54,709 nucleotides of DNA from Minisyncoccota bacterium. GTDB taxonomy: Bacteria; Patescibacteriota; Minisyncoccia; Phycocordibacterales; UBA6065. This document shows positions 17,975 to 30,155 of this stretch, piece after piece. How positions within the stretch are numbered: the stretch's first letter is position 1; each line of letters starts with the position of its first letter. The notes under the pieces were generated by a model. The model ran no database searches and was not told the DNA's origin. It saw only the letters and a program-made list of their open reading frames with translations. The stretch lies in assembly GCA_035545915.1 (NCBI GenBank), contig DASZXL010000002.1, positions 1-54,709 on the forward strand, read 5' to 3'. Position numbers and translations under genes: made by a program.

Positions 17975-18553
17975 ATGCATCAAGGTCGTTCCCAGTCAGG
18001 CTTTACGCTCGTCGAGCTCCTCGTCTCGATCGCCATCTTCACCGTCATAACGACCGTGGCCGTGTTCAATCACGCGCAATTTAACGGAAGCGTGCTCCTC
18101 ACCAATCTCGCGTACGAAGTCGCTCTCTCTATACGTCAGGCGCAGTATTACGGCATATCGGTCAAGCAGAACTCGTCTCAGACGTTCGACTCCGGTTACG
18201 GCGTCGATTTTAACACCGCGGCAGCGACGTCCTACAGCATATTCGAGGACAAGACCGGCGGCTCCGCCAAGATATACGACGGCAGCGACGTCGTCGTCAA
18301 AGCCTATTCGATAGCGAAAGGGAATAAGATATCCAGGATCTGCGTCGACGGCGACTGCACCAAGAACGTCGTCGACATATCGTTCATCCGCCCCGAGCCG
18401 GACGCATTCATAACGGCGAACTCGGCGACCTCTCCGTACTATGGCAAAGCCGAGATCTGTATGCAGGCGCCTCAGGGCCTCAAGAGAAAGATAACGGTCG
18501 AATCGACGGGTCAGATATCGGTCGGCACCGATGATTCGGGGGTATGCAATTAA
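17975..18553 (+). CDS. minor pilin (prepilin-type N-terminal cleavage/methylation domain)
   Basis: MHQGRSQSG|FTLVELLVSIAIFTVI. Confidence 0.8.
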   Translation: MHQGRSQSGFTLVELLVSIAIFTVITTVAVFNHAQFNGSVLLTNLAYEVALSIRQAQYYGISVKQNSSQTFDSGYGVDFNTAAATSYSIFEDKTGGSAKIYDGSDVVVKAYSIAKGNKISRICVDGDCTKNVVDISFIRPEPDAFITANSATSPYYGKAEICMQAPQGLKRKITVESTGQISVGTDDSGVCN

Positions 18554-19128
18554 AACGTATGAAACGAGGATTCACTCTCATTGAAGTTCTGGTGTCAGTC
18601 TCCATATTCGCCATGGTGATGCTCATTGCCACGGGCTCGGTATTCTCCATCGTCGCGGCCAATCAGAAGACGCATGCCATCAAGTCCGTTATGACGAATC
18701 TGAACTTCGCCCTCGAGAGCATGATGCGCGATATGCGCCTCGGCTCGCGATATGCATGCGGTTCGTCCGTACCGCTGTCGAGCCCGTTCGACTGTTCGTC
18801 GGGCGATACCGTATTCAGGTTCAAGGCGAATCGCGACGTGTCGGGCGACGGCGTCTATGACGCCTCGGGAATCAACGACCAAGTCGAATATCGCCTCTTG
18901 AACGGCAGGATTATGAAGAAGGTCTATGACAATACCACGACCGATTTCGCCATAACCGCGACCGAAGTCCATGTCACGTCCCTCATGTTCTATGTCACCG
19001 GCTCGTCGGCGGGAGACGGCAAACAGCCGAAGGTCGTCGTTACGGTGCAGGGCTATTCCGGCTCCGGAGCGACTCAGTCGACCTTCAATATACAGACCAT
19101 GGTGACCCAGAGAGCTATCGATTCATAA
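18544..19128 (+). CDS. minor pilin (prepilin-type N-terminus)
   Basis: MQLKRMKRG|FTLIEVLVSVSIFAMV. 10-nt overlap with the upstream gene. Confidence 0.8.
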   Translation: MQLKRMKRGFTLIEVLVSVSIFAMVMLIATGSVFSIVAANQKTHAIKSVMTNLNFALESMMRDMRLGSRYACGSSVPLSSPFDCSSGDTVFRFKANRDVSGDGVYDASGINDQVEYRLLNGRIMKKVYDNTTTDFAITATEVHVTSLMFYVTGSSAGDGKQPKVVVTVQGYSGSGATQSTFNIQTMVTQRAIDS

Positions 19129-19129
19129 T

Positions 19130-19678
19130 ATGAAGACGCGCCCATATAATAAGAAAGGCAATAGGGGATTCACGCTCGTCGAGGCCATGGTGGCGATCTC
19201 GATACTTTCGCTCGCGGTGACGGGCCCTCTCGTTATCGCCCAGAAGGGCCTCGGCTCGGCCATATATGCCAAGGACCAGATCATCGCGGCATATCTCGCG
19301 CAAGAGGCAGTCGAATACGTGAGAAATACGCGCGACACGAACCGTATCACCGGATCGGCGTGGCTTACCGGCCTCTCTGCCTGCGCGGTGAGTTCCGGCG
19401 GCGAAGCGTGCGAGATCGACGCGAGAAAGACCGATTTCCTCGCGGCCGGGGCGGTGACGTCGTGCAGCGGCGGCGTCTGCGATCCGATTAGTTTTGACGG
19501 ATCGAGCGGCCTCTACGGATACGGAATCGGCAGTCCGACGAAATTCACCCGATCGATATCGATCGACAGCCGCGCCTCGCCCAAAGAGGCGACGATCACC
19601 GTGACCGTGGCATGGGCGACGAATCTCTTCTTGCCGGTAAGGACATTCACCATCCGCGAGACCATATTCAACTTCTAG
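19130..19678 (+). CDS. minor pilin (prepilin-type N-terminus)
   Basis: MKTRPYNKKGNRG|FTLVEAMVAISILSLAV. Confidence 0.8.
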   Translation: MKTRPYNKKGNRGFTLVEAMVAISILSLAVTGPLVIAQKGLGSAIYAKDQIIAAYLAQEAVEYVRNTRDTNRITGSAWLTGLSACAVSSGGEACEIDARKTDFLAAGAVTSCSGGVCDPISFDGSSGLYGYGIGSPTKFTRSISIDSRASPKEATITVTVAWATNLFLPVRTFTIRETIFNF

Positions 19679-19679
19679 C

Positions 19680-20234
19680 ATGAGAACCATTACGCACAAA
19701 CAGGGAGGAGGGCAAAGGCGAGGCTTCGCCATGCTCTTCGCCGTTCTCGTGGCGAGCGTGCTTCTCGCCGTCGGCATATCCATATTCAACCTGACGGTGA
19801 AAGAGCTCATCCTCTCGGCTGCGGGGCGCGAATCCCAATTCGCATTCTATGCCGCCGATACGGGCGCCGAATGCGCGCTCTACTGGGACTTTAAGGGCGT
19901 CGACGTATTCGCGACGTCGACGGGCGATAGGACGCCGTCGCCCGCGACTCCTGACTGCGTCGATACGACCGGACAGGCGGCGCAGACGTTCGACGTCACG
20001 AACTACGTGACGTATACCGATTATCCGGTCGCCCGCACGCCTACTTCCGCCGTGACGCAATTCACTCTCAATCTGCCGAGCCTGTCTCCGCAATATTGCG
20101 CTATCGTGACCGTGATCAAGGATTCCTCCTCGGGCATCTTGAAGACGGTCATCGATTCCCGCGGCTATAATCTGCCCTGCTCGGATACGACGAATCCGAA
20201 TCGGGTAGAGCGCGCTCTCAAGGTCACGTATTAG
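19680..20234 (+). CDS. PilX/GspK-like minor pilin lacking Glu+5
   Basis: GQRRG|FAMLFAVLVASVLLAV: hydrophobic pilin-like N-terminus without the conserved Glu. Last gene of the pilin block. Confidence 0.6.
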   Translation: MRTITHKQGGGQRRGFAMLFAVLVASVLLAVGISIFNLTVKELILSAAGRESQFAFYAADTGAECALYWDFKGVDVFATSTGDRTPSPATPDCVDTTGQAAQTFDVTNYVTYTDYPVARTPTSAVTQFTLNLPSLSPQYCAIVTVIKDSSSGILKTVIDSRGYNLPCSDTTNPNRVERALKVTY

Positions 20235-20271
20235 CCCCGAAAGACTCGCTTTTGCAGACCAAAAATCGTAA

Positions 20272-22353
<2,082 letters not shown>

Positions 22354-22395
22354 ATGTGGATAAGGTAGCTCGTCGTATCGTGGTATTATCATGCC

Positions 22396-25300
22396 ATGAC
22401 TCCTCAGATCGTAGCAGGGAGACGTTCGTCATTTTTGGTCGGAATCTTTTTCGCATTTCTGATCGCGCTTGTTCCGTCTATGGCGGCCGCGGCCACCGCT
22501 ATATATAGGTCGGTGGGAGTGAATGCGACAGCCGCGCTCGATTCGGGCAACGGTACGAAATCGCTCACCATATCAGGATCGACAGCCACATTTTCGGGCG
22601 CCATCGCGAACAATGTCGGCGTAGGCGACGTTATCCAGTATGACTCGGCCGGCGGCGGCACTATAAATTCGGTCGCTTTCATATACGGCCGTACAGATTC
22701 GACGCACTATACGGTCAAAAATGCTACGGGAGGCACCCCAACCGCCGTCACGGGCAGTACCGCATGGGGTGTATATAGGGCGTATACCACTCTTCGCAAC
22801 GGCTTTTACGGAAGCGAGAATACGGGTATAAATGCCGCAGTCCGCGATTTCGATCCGACTTTTTCCGGCATCATAGATTTGAATGCCGGGTTCAAGAATG
22901 CGATTACCCTGGATCAGCAATGGAACTTCGCCGTATACAATAGCGACGGGACGGCAGACGGGGGAGCCTATCTCTTCGGATGGACGACCGGCCCGACCAC
23001 GTACGTGCGCATGTATACGCCAACATCGACGGCGGAGGTAGGTACGAGCCAGAGATCGTCAGGGAACTTTGACGCGAGCAAATATTATAACAGCGACGGC
23101 CAGGGCCTATGGCTTGTGGTAAATTATGCCCGTGTAGACGGCCTTCAGATGGCACAGCTCCATACTGCCGCGTCGACGAGCGCCGCGGGCGAATTCCAGG
23201 TATCGAATAACATCATAGGCGGCACAGGAGGATTCTTCAATTATCTCGACGAGTCGGTATCGACCGGCGGGAGTATAAACTTGAAGTTCTGGAATAACGT
23301 CGTAAGCGACGTGAGCTCGGGCGGCGGCGCGATCGATATCCGATATCTGGGCGGGCAGGTCGAGTTCTATAACAATACGTTCTATAACAATCCTTATCCG
23401 TTCTTCGTGGGAGCCTCGAATATGATCTTGAAGAACAACATCTTCGCTTCAACGACAGATCTATTCAGGTTTGGCGGCTCTGCGGCCGCATCGTCGGACT
23501 ATAACTCGGCGACTGCAGGATCGTTCTCGGGATATACCCCGAATACCCATGATCGCTTCACTCAGACATTCTCTTTTAACGATATCGCGAACCGCGATTA
23601 TAACCTCTCTGCCTCGGATGCGGGCGCGCGCGATCATGGCGTCGATCTCTCGGCAGACAGCTTCATCCCGTTCTCATATGATCTGGCAGCGCATACCCGA
23701 CCGGGGAATTCGGTCTGGGACATCGGCGCTCTCGAATATATGCCCGCCCCTGACACGACGCCTCCGGGCCGTTCGGCCGGCGCTCCGTCGGGCAGGATAG
23801 CGACGTCGACTACGTCGACGAATCTCACGCTCAATACGAACGAGAGCGCGACGTGCAAATATTCGACGACGGCAGGAACCGCATACGGCTCTATGTCGAA
23901 TACCTTCACGACGACGGGCGGCACGAGCCATAGCCAGACCCTCTCGGGTCTCTCGAGCGGTCATCTCTATACGTATTATGTGAGATGCCAGGACGCGGCC
24001 ACGAATGCGAATACCGACGACTATCAGATACAATTCTTCGTCAATCAGAACGGCAGGGTGTATGCGGATAGCTGTTCCGTCCCCGACGTGAACACCGCAT
24101 ACGGCTATACGTATGTCGGAGACACGCTCTCTATACCGGCAGGCACATGCTCGAACTGGTCTTCGTCCGCGGGTCTTTTCGTGGGCAAGGCGATAACCGT
24201 GGAAGGCGCGGGGCAAGGTCAGACCATTCTAAACATGGATCCTGCGACTGGGTCGTATGCCAATGCGGCAATCGTCCTCGGGGCCGGCGCTACGATAAAG
24301 AGCCTCACGATACAGACCGATACGGGGAATAGCGGCACGGCATTCTCCGCCGATGGGCCTGGGTTCCGCATAACAGATGTTAAATATGTCGATCGGTCGG
24401 GTACGAATAGCGGATATTTCCTATTCTTTACCGCGAACGCGTACTCCGGTCTCGTCGACAAGAACGACATTACGGGAAATAACGGTCAGATGGAGCTCAT
24501 ATTCGGCAGGGGGCCGACGAATGCGTGGCAGACAAATAACACTCTCGGATCGTCCACTAACATCTTCATCGAGAATAACGTGTTTAAGGGCGTGGGATAC
24601 GTGAGCGACTGTAACGCGAACGCGCGCTGTGTAGTCAGGAATAACACTATAACCGCTCAAAATAAGATCGACGCTCACGGTCTCTGTACGAACTCGTCTC
24701 CGGCGCGCGGCGTGAGGGAGATGGAAGTCTACAATAATTATTGGACCTCGAGCGCCAACGCGTGGACCGCTATCGAGCTTCGCGGCGGCACGGGTATCGT
24801 ATTCGGTAATAAGGCACCGAATCTTTCGCAGGGCGCTAATGCAGCATGGCTCTATCTTACGGACTACGGATATCAGGGCTCATGCGGCAACTTCGTTCAG
24901 AGGCAGACCCCGAACGACTATCCTATAGCCGATCAGATAGGCGTGGGCAAGGATCCGAAAAGCGCAGCGAGCGAGCCTTACTATGTATGGGGCAATCTCC
25001 TCGGCGGCGCAGCATGGCCGCGAAATCTCGCCACGGTCGATTCTGCGGCTATATCGCTCTACGGAAGCACCTTCACTGAGAGGGACATGATACAGTCGAA
25101 CCGCGATTTCTTCGCCGACGCCGGATTCGATACGAATACAGGTGTGACGAGCGGCGTCTTGGCATCTCGTCCCGGCACTTGCTCGACCGGTAGCGGTTAT
25201 TGGGCCACCGACCAAGGCGGCAACTGGGATACGTCGAACGGCACGAGCGCCGACGGAGCCCTGTATAAGTGCGTTTCCACCAATACGTGGGGCCTTAATT

Positions 25301-27132
25301 ACATTCCATACGCATACCCTCATTATCTCTCCGCCGCTTCGACGACAGGCACCGACCTCGTCGATGTCGGCGCGGGAGCTCGTATGTTCGAGACTGGTAA
25401 ATTCTACGGACTCTCGACTTCGACCGCGTCGGGTGTATATGCGACGTTCGCCGCGACGACTACGTCGCAGAGCGCAGACGCATGGCTCGATGTGAGCATC
25501 TCTCTTTGGAGCAACAGCGGCATCCATCACAAGACCTGGACGGAGTCTTCTACGAACATGGGCGCCACGACGACGTATCATATGATCGGCGACCTCGATC
25601 CGAGCACCTCATATGACGTGAAGATCGACGGCGTGGCCGCGACGGGCAACATCTCGGGTGCGGCGTGCTCGGCCGGCTCCTGCACGTCCAATTCCTCGGG
25701 CAAGATATATTTCAGCTATACCGGAGGCTATTCGACCCATACCTTCGATGTCCAGCAGTCGGGCAGCGCGATCGCTCCGACGATCACGACGTCCGCCGCG
25801 TCCTCGATCGCCGCGACGACGGCGACGCTTAACGGCTCGATCACGTCGACGGGAGGCGCAGATGCGACGCAATCGGGCTTCGCGTACGGCACTGCCTCGA
25901 ATCTCTCGACCGTTATCGCCACCTCGACCCTCGGATCGCAGACGGGTAACGCCTCATTCAACTCGAATATATCGTCTCTCACCTGTAACACCCTTTATTA
26001 CTTCCGCGCCTATGCTACGAATACGGCCGGCACGGGATATGGATCGATCCTATCGTTCACGACCTCCGCATGCGCCCCGACAGTGACCACGCAGGCGGCT
26101 TCTTCTATCGCTAACTCGTCCGCGACGCTTAATGGCAACATCACGGCCACGGGCGGGGCGAACGCCTCTATCCGCGGCGCTATCTACGGCCTCACGACTG
26201 CCTACGGAGCGACCACCACCGAGTCGGGCTCTTTCTCGACCGGAGCCTTCACTGCTTCTGCGACGGGCCTCGCTTGCAATACCCTGTATCATACGAAGGC
26301 ATACGCCACGAACTCAGGGGGCACGTCCTACGGCTCTGATACGACCTTTACGACCTCCGCATGCGTCGCGCCCTCCGTAACCACCTCTGCCGCGTCTTCG
26401 ATCGGTCAGACTGCGGCGACTCTGAACGGCCTTATATCCGCGACGGGAGGCCAGAACGCCACCCAGTCCGGTTTCGCATATGGAACGTCCTCATCCCTGA
26501 CTGACGTCATCGCCACCTCGACCCTCGGATCGCAGACAGGCACGGCGTCCTTCTCATCCTCGATATCGTCTCTGACGTGCGAGACCACATACTATTTCCG
26601 CGCATACGCGACTAATCCTACGGCCACAGGCTATGGCTCCGTCACGAGCCTCGTTACGTCATCTTGCGTGACCCCTGTCGTAGAGACTCCGTCGTCGGGA
26701 GGAAGCTCGCGTCCGTCGTCATCCACTCGCAGGGCGATCGCGAACGTCGTCACGAGCCTCGTCTCCGTCTTCACGGGCAATACGGTGACGGTTGTGAATC
26801 CTGCAGCCTCTATATCGCTTCCGTCGCTCTCGGCATTCATCGAAACGCTTATCAAGGTCGGCGTCATCCCTCCTGACAAGGCGGAGACGGCTCGCAATGC
26901 GATACAGGTCCCTGCATCGTCCGCTCCCGCCCAGGACATGCAGTATCACGATATGGGAAGCCAAGTGACAGCTCTCCAATCGGCTCTTGTAGCAAAGGGA
27001 TATCTCAAGGCCGCCCCGAACGGCGTGTTCGGTCCTGCCACTCTCGCCGCGGTGAAGGCGTTCCAGAAGGATATGGGCGTCCCTGTTACGGGCTTCTACG
27101 GTCCTCTCACGCGCGCAGCGCTTTCGAGGTAA
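22396..27132 (+). CDS. giant secreted surface protein: beta-helix regions, Fn3-like module, three ~100-aa tandem modules, C-terminal PG_binding_1 domain
   Basis: 1578 aa. Signal/TM FLVGIFFAFLIALVPSMAAAATA. Asn/Gly-rich beta-helix-like repeats. C-terminal LQSALVAKGYLKAAPNGVFGPATLAAVKAFQKDMGVPVTGFYGPLT matches the peptidoglycan-binding repeat. Confidence 0.85.
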   Translation: MTPQIVAGRRSSFLVGIFFAFLIALVPSMAAAATAIYRSVGVNATAALDSGNGTKSLTISGSTATFSGAIANNVGVGDVIQYDSAGGGTINSVAFIYGRTDSTHYTVKNATGGTPTAVTGSTAWGVYRAYTTLRNGFYGSENTGINAAVRDFDPTFSGIIDLNAGFKNAITLDQQWNFAVYNSDGTADGGAYLFGWTTGPTTYVRMYTPTSTAEVGTSQRSSGNFDASKYYNSDGQGLWLVVNYARVDGLQMAQLHTAASTSAAGEFQVSNNIIGGTGGFFNYLDESVSTGGSINLKFWNNVVSDVSSGGGAIDIRYLGGQVEFYNNTFYNNPYPFFVGASNMILKNNIFASTTDLFRFGGSAAASSDYNSATAGSFSGYTPNTHDRFTQTFSFNDIANRDYNLSASDAGARDHGVDLSADSFIPFSYDLAAHTRPGNSVWDIGALEYMPAPDTTPPGRSAGAPSGRIATSTTSTNLTLNTNESATCKYSTTAGTAYGSMSNTFTTTGGTSHSQTLSGLSSGHLYTYYVRCQDAATNANTDDYQIQFFVNQNGRVYADSCSVPDVNTAYGYTYVGDTLSIPAGTCSNWSSSAGLFVGKAITVEGAGQGQTILNMDPATGSYANAAIVLGAGATIKSLTIQTDTGNSGTAFSADGPGFRITDVKYVDRSGTNSGYFLFFTANAYSGLVDKNDITGNNGQMELIFGRGPTNAWQTNNTLGSSTNIFIENNVFKGVGYVSDCNANARCVVRNNTITAQNKIDAHGLCTNSSPARGVREMEVYNNYWTSSANAWTAIELRGGTGIVFGNKAPNLSQGANAAWLYLTDYGYQGSCGNFVQRQTPNDYPIADQIGVGKDPKSAASEPYYVWGNLLGGAAWPRNLATVDSAAISLYGSTFTERDMIQSNRDFFADAGFDTNTGVTSGVLASRPGTCSTGSGYWATDQGGNWDTSNGTSADGALYKCVSTNTWGLNYIPYAYPHYLSAASTTGTDLVDVGAGARMFETGKFYGLSTSTASGVYATFAATTTSQSADAWLDVSISLWSNSGIHHKTWTESSTNMGATTTYHMIGDLDPSTSYDVKIDGVAATGNISGAACSAGSCTSNSSGKIYFSYTGGYSTHTFDVQQSGSAIAPTITTSAASSIAATTATLNGSITSTGGADATQSGFAYGTASNLSTVIATSTLGSQTGNASFNSNISSLTCNTLYYFRAYATNTAGTGYGSILSFTTSACAPTVTTQAASSIANSSATLNGNITATGGANASIRGAIYGLTTAYGATTTESGSFSTGAFTASATGLACNTLYHTKAYATNSGGTSYGSDTTFTTSACVAPSVTTSAASSIGQTAATLNGLISATGGQNATQSGFAYGTSSSLTDVIATSTLGSQTGTASFSSSISSLTCETTYYFRAYATNPTATGYGSVTSLVTSSCVTPVVETPSSGGSSRPSSSTRRAIANVVTSLVSVFTGNTVTVVNPAASISLPSLSAFIETLIKVGVIPPDKAETARNAIQVPASSAPAQDMQYHDMGSQVTALQSALVAKGYLKAAPNGVFGPATLAAVKAFQKDMGVPVTGFYGPLTRAALSR
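25773..26667 (+). repeat. three in-frame ~295-300-bp tandem repeats inside the giant surface protein gene
   Basis: Units start near 25773, 26073 and 26368. Each encodes ...TTSAASSI..TATLNG.I..TGG..A...GFAYG....L......S....G..SF...IS.LTC.T.YYFRAYATN..G.GYGS...F/LTTSAC. Repeats 1 and 3 share an identical 29-nt run atcgccacctcgaccctcggatcgcagac. Confidence 0.85.
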
Positions 27133-27202
27133 GGCAAGACGGGAGCCCCGTTTCTCGCCGTTTTGAGCCTTATTTGCTATAGTGGGAAGCGCTTACACCG
27201 CT

Positions 27203-27508
27203 ATGATATCCCGCGAAGACATCGTGAAATTAGCCGGGCTCTCCCGGCTCAAGCTCTCAGAAGACGAGATTGTCCGCATGCAGGGCGAGATGACGTCTAT
27301 TCTGGCGTATGTCGACAAATTGAAAACCGCCTCCGGAGCCGGAACGGATCCGGTCATATCGGCGAACAAAAACGTCATGCGCGAGGATGCGGATCCGCAT
27401 CATTCGGGCGAATTCACGGACAAGCTCATAGCATTGGCGCCGAAACATGAAACGACCAAGGAAGGGAAGTTCGTCAAAGTAAAGAAGATCCTCGGCGGAT
27501 CGCAATAA
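27203..27508 (+). CDS. gatC: Asp-tRNA(Asn)/Glu-tRNA(Gln) amidotransferase subunit C
   Basis: MISREDIVKLAGLSRLKLSEDEI...ILAYVDKL, typical GatC. Immediately precedes gatA. Start set to ATG 27203. Confidence 0.85.
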   Translation: MISREDIVKLAGLSRLKLSEDEIVRMQGEMTSILAYVDKLKTASGAGTDPVISANKNVMREDADPHHSGEFTDKLIALAPKHETTKEGKFVKVKKILGGSQ

Positions 27509-27509
27509 T

Positions 27510-28934
27510 ATGATAGATCTCTCTACTCTCACCATACAGAAGGCGCATGACGCTCTCACACAGGGCGAATTCACCGCGCGCGATCTCGCAGAGGCATATC
27601 TCGCCGAGATTAAGAAGCGCGACGGCGATATCCATGCGTATCTCGAGGTCTATGAGGACGTTCTGAAGCAGGCCGATGCGGCGGACCTCCGTATCAAGGC
27701 AGGCAAGGCTGTCGCTCTGACCGGCATCCCTTTGGCGATCAAAGACAATATCTTGATCGAAGGCCGCCGCGCCCAGTCGGCATCGAAGATATTGGACGGC
27801 TATGTCGCTCCGTACGATGCGACGGCCATCAAAAAATTGAAGGAGGCGGGCGCCGTATTCATCGGCCGCGCGAACATGGACGAATTCGCTATGGGCGGAT
27901 CGACGGAGAATTCCGCGTTTGGCGTGACCAAGAATCCGCACGACCTCGCGAGGGTCGCGGGGGGTTCGTCGGGAGGATCGGCCGCCGCCGTAGGCGGCGG
28001 CCTGGCTTTGGCCGCGCTCGGCTCTGACACGGGCGGTTCGGTACGCCAGCCCGCGTCATATTGCGGCGTCGTCGGCCTCAAACCGACTTATGGCTCTATA
28101 TCCCGCCACGGTCTCATGGCCATGGGATCATCCCTCGATATCATCGGCCCGCTCACCAAGACCGTGGCTGACGCAGAGATCCTCTTTGACGCTATGAAAG
28201 GCAAGGACCGCTATGACTCGACCTCTATCGATCCGATTCCTGAAACAGCGACTCCAAAGAAACCGGTTATTGGCGTACCACGCCACTTTCTCACGGGCGA
28301 CGGCATCGATCCTGAAGTCATGCGCGCATTCGAGGCGTCTGTCGAGAAATTCCGCGGCATGGGCTACGAAATCCGCGATATAGAGCTCCCAAATATCGAA
28401 TATTCTCTGGCGGTCTACTATGTCCTCATGCCCGCAGAGGTTTCGACCAATCTCTCGCGTTTCGACGGCGTGAAATACGGATATCACAAAGACGGCGCGA
28501 CGCTCCTCGATGACTATCTTCTCTCGCGCGGCGAAGGCTTCGGCCGCGAGGCGCGCCGACGCATCATGCTCGGCGCATATGTGCTCTCCTCGGGCTATTA
28601 TGACGCCTATTACAACAAAGCTTCTGCCGTCCGCGAGCTCCTTAAAAAAGATTTCGTCAAAGCGTTCGAATCCGTCGACGCTATCATCATGCCGACCGCT
28701 CCCGCTCCGGCATTTAAAATAGGGGACAAGATATCGGACCCGGTCGCCATGTATCTCGAAGATATCTTCACGGTCACCGCGAATCTCGTGGGCGTGCCCG
28801 CTATGTCCATTCCTGCCGGCTCTAAACAGGAAGGCGGCAAGGACCTGCCTATAGGTCTCCAGATCATCGCCGATATGCGCCGCGAAGACGTGCTCTTCGC
28901 TCTCGGCAAGAAATTCCTCGGCGAGGTAGAATAG
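27510..28934 (+). CDS. gatA: Asp-tRNA(Asn)/Glu-tRNA(Gln) amidotransferase subunit A
   Basis: Amidase signature GGSSGGSAAAV, plus GIPLAIKDNI and GSDTGGSVRQPAS. Confidence 0.95.
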   Translation: MIDLSTLTIQKAHDALTQGEFTARDLAEAYLAEIKKRDGDIHAYLEVYEDVLKQADAADLRIKAGKAVALTGIPLAIKDNILIEGRRAQSASKILDGYVAPYDATAIKKLKEAGAVFIGRANMDEFAMGGSTENSAFGVTKNPHDLARVAGGSSGGSAAAVGGGLALAALGSDTGGSVRQPASYCGVVGLKPTYGSISRHGLMAMGSSLDIIGPLTKTVADAEILFDAMKGKDRYDSTSIDPIPETATPKKPVIGVPRHFLTGDGIDPEVMRAFEASVEKFRGMGYEIRDIELPNIEYSLAVYYVLMPAEVSTNLSRFDGVKYGYHKDGATLLDDYLLSRGEGFGREARRRIMLGAYVLSSGYYDAYYNKASAVRELLKKDFVKAFESVDAIIMPTAPAPAFKIGDKISDPVAMYLEDIFTVTANLVGVPAMSIPAGSKQEGGKDLPIGLQIIADMRREDVLFALGKKFLGEVE

Positions 28935-28958
28935 AGATGCCTTTCGGCACTTCCACAT

Positions 28959-29546
28959 ATGGACAGCGTCACATTTCTCAACGTCGAATACGTATATCTG
29001 CGCATCGTCGATTTCTTCCAGAATTTCGATCTCGTCGCCATACTCAACTGGATCATCCATTACATAAACCTGATCAAGCCGTTCGCCGTCATATTCTCGC
29101 TCTTCGTCTTCTTCGTCATCATATATGCGCGCATGCGCTTGAAGCAGATAGGCAAGGAGGAGAAGGAGAAGTTCGAAGCACGTAAGGCCGCCCTGAACGC
29201 GCCTGCGGCCCACGAATCCCACGATGAAGACCTGGGCAAGCGCTGGCAGCAGGTTATGACCCATATCAATTCGAACAATCCGTCGGATTGGAGGCTCGCT
29301 ATATTGGAGGCTGACATCATGCTCGCCGACGTGCTCGAAAAGCAGGGTTATCAGGGCGATTCCATCGGAGACAAACTGAAGGGCGTCGAAAAGGGTGATT
29401 TCCTCACCATCGAGCAAGCCTGGACTGCCCACAAGGTCAGAAACCAGATCGCGCATCAAGGCACTGACTATCAATTAAACGAGCGGGAGGCAAAACAGAC
29501 TATAGACCTCTATAAGCAGGTTTTCAGCGAGTTCTACCATATATAG
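28959..29546 (+). CDS. hypothetical membrane-anchored protein
   Basis: 195 aa with TM segment PFAVIFSLFVFFVIIYA followed by a helical soluble domain. No gatB follows gatA. Confidence 0.6.
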   Translation: MDSVTFLNVEYVYLRIVDFFQNFDLVAILNWIIHYINLIKPFAVIFSLFVFFVIIYARMRLKQIGKEEKEKFEARKAALNAPAAHESHDEDLGKRWQQVMTHINSNNPSDWRLAILEADIMLADVLEKQGYQGDSIGDKLKGVEKGDFLTIEQAWTAHKVRNQIAHQGTDYQLNEREAKQTIDLYKQVFSEFYHI

Positions 29547-29569
29547 CCGTCTTGGGCCGCGGAAAGGGC

Positions 29570-29598
29570 TTGATTCGGTCCCTTGAGGGTGGTATAAT
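29570..29598 (+). promoter_or_regulatory. sigma70-type promoter for tRNA-fMet (TTGATT-17 nt-TGgTATAAT)
   Basis: -35 at 29570-29575 and an extended -10 at 29590-29598. Predicted start ~29605, 38 nt before the tRNA. Confidence 0.55.
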
Positions 29599-29642
29599 TG
29601 TTCTTACCTCACTTTGTGGTCGTATTAAAAGCGGGGCAATAT

Positions 29643-29714
29643 CGCGGGGTAGAGAAGTGGTATCTCGTCAGGCTCATAACCTGAAGATCGCCGGTTCAAA
29701 TCCGGCCCCCGCAA
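29643..29714 (+). tRNA. initiator tRNA-fMet (anticodon CAT)
   Basis: CGCGGGG...CCCCGCA acceptor with a C1:A72 mismatch, anticodon loop CTCATAA, T-arm GCCGGTTCAAATCCGGC. Near-identical in layout to E. coli tRNA-fMet. CCA not encoded. Confidence 0.9.
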
Positions 29715-29796
29715 CAAGTCAAACGAAAGCTGCCCATGGGGCGGTTTTTGCTATCAGAAATTTAGTTTATTATAAGAGCGTAAGCAGACTTAACCT

Positions 29797-30147
29797 ATGC
29801 TCAAACATCGACTCTATGCCACAAGCTTCGCCCGAGTCTATCCGTACTACATCGCCAAGGCGGAGAAGAAAGGACGTACCAAGGCAGAGGTCGATCAGAT
29901 CATTCGCTGGCTGACCGGCTATAGCCAGAAGCAGTTCGAAAGACATCTAGAAAAAGGGACGGACTTCGAGACTTTTTATACAAAGGCTTCGAAGCCCAAC
30001 CCTAAGAGATTCCTGATCAAGGGCGTGATCTGCGGGGTCCGAATAGAAGAGATCAAGGACCGAGTGATGCGGGAGATCCGATATCTCGATAAATTGATAG
30101 ACGAACTCGCGAAAGGCAAGGCGATGGAACAGATCTTACGAAAGTAA
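29797..30147 (+). CDS. DUF2200-like small cytoplasmic protein
   Basis: 116 aa. [42 protein letters not shown] resembles the DUF2200 family as I recall it. Confidence 0.6.
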   Translation: MLKHRLYATSFARVYPYYIAKAEKKGRTKAEVDQIIRWLTGYSQKQFERHLEKGTDFETFYTKASKPNPKRFLIKGVICGVRIEEIKDRVMREIRYLDKLIDELAKGKAMEQILRK

Positions 30148-30155
30148 TGCCGCGT

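Noticed and set aside
25773-26667. Considered whether the three repeats are a diversity-generating retroelement template/variable repeat set
   Set aside because: No reverse transcriptase gene is in the window. The repeats are in-frame structural modules. Differences between copies are not confined to adenine positions.
29552-29914. 120-aa ORF spanning the tRNA-fMet gene
   Set aside because: It overlaps a canonical initiator tRNA and its promoter. The sequence is Arg/Ser-rich with no motifs.
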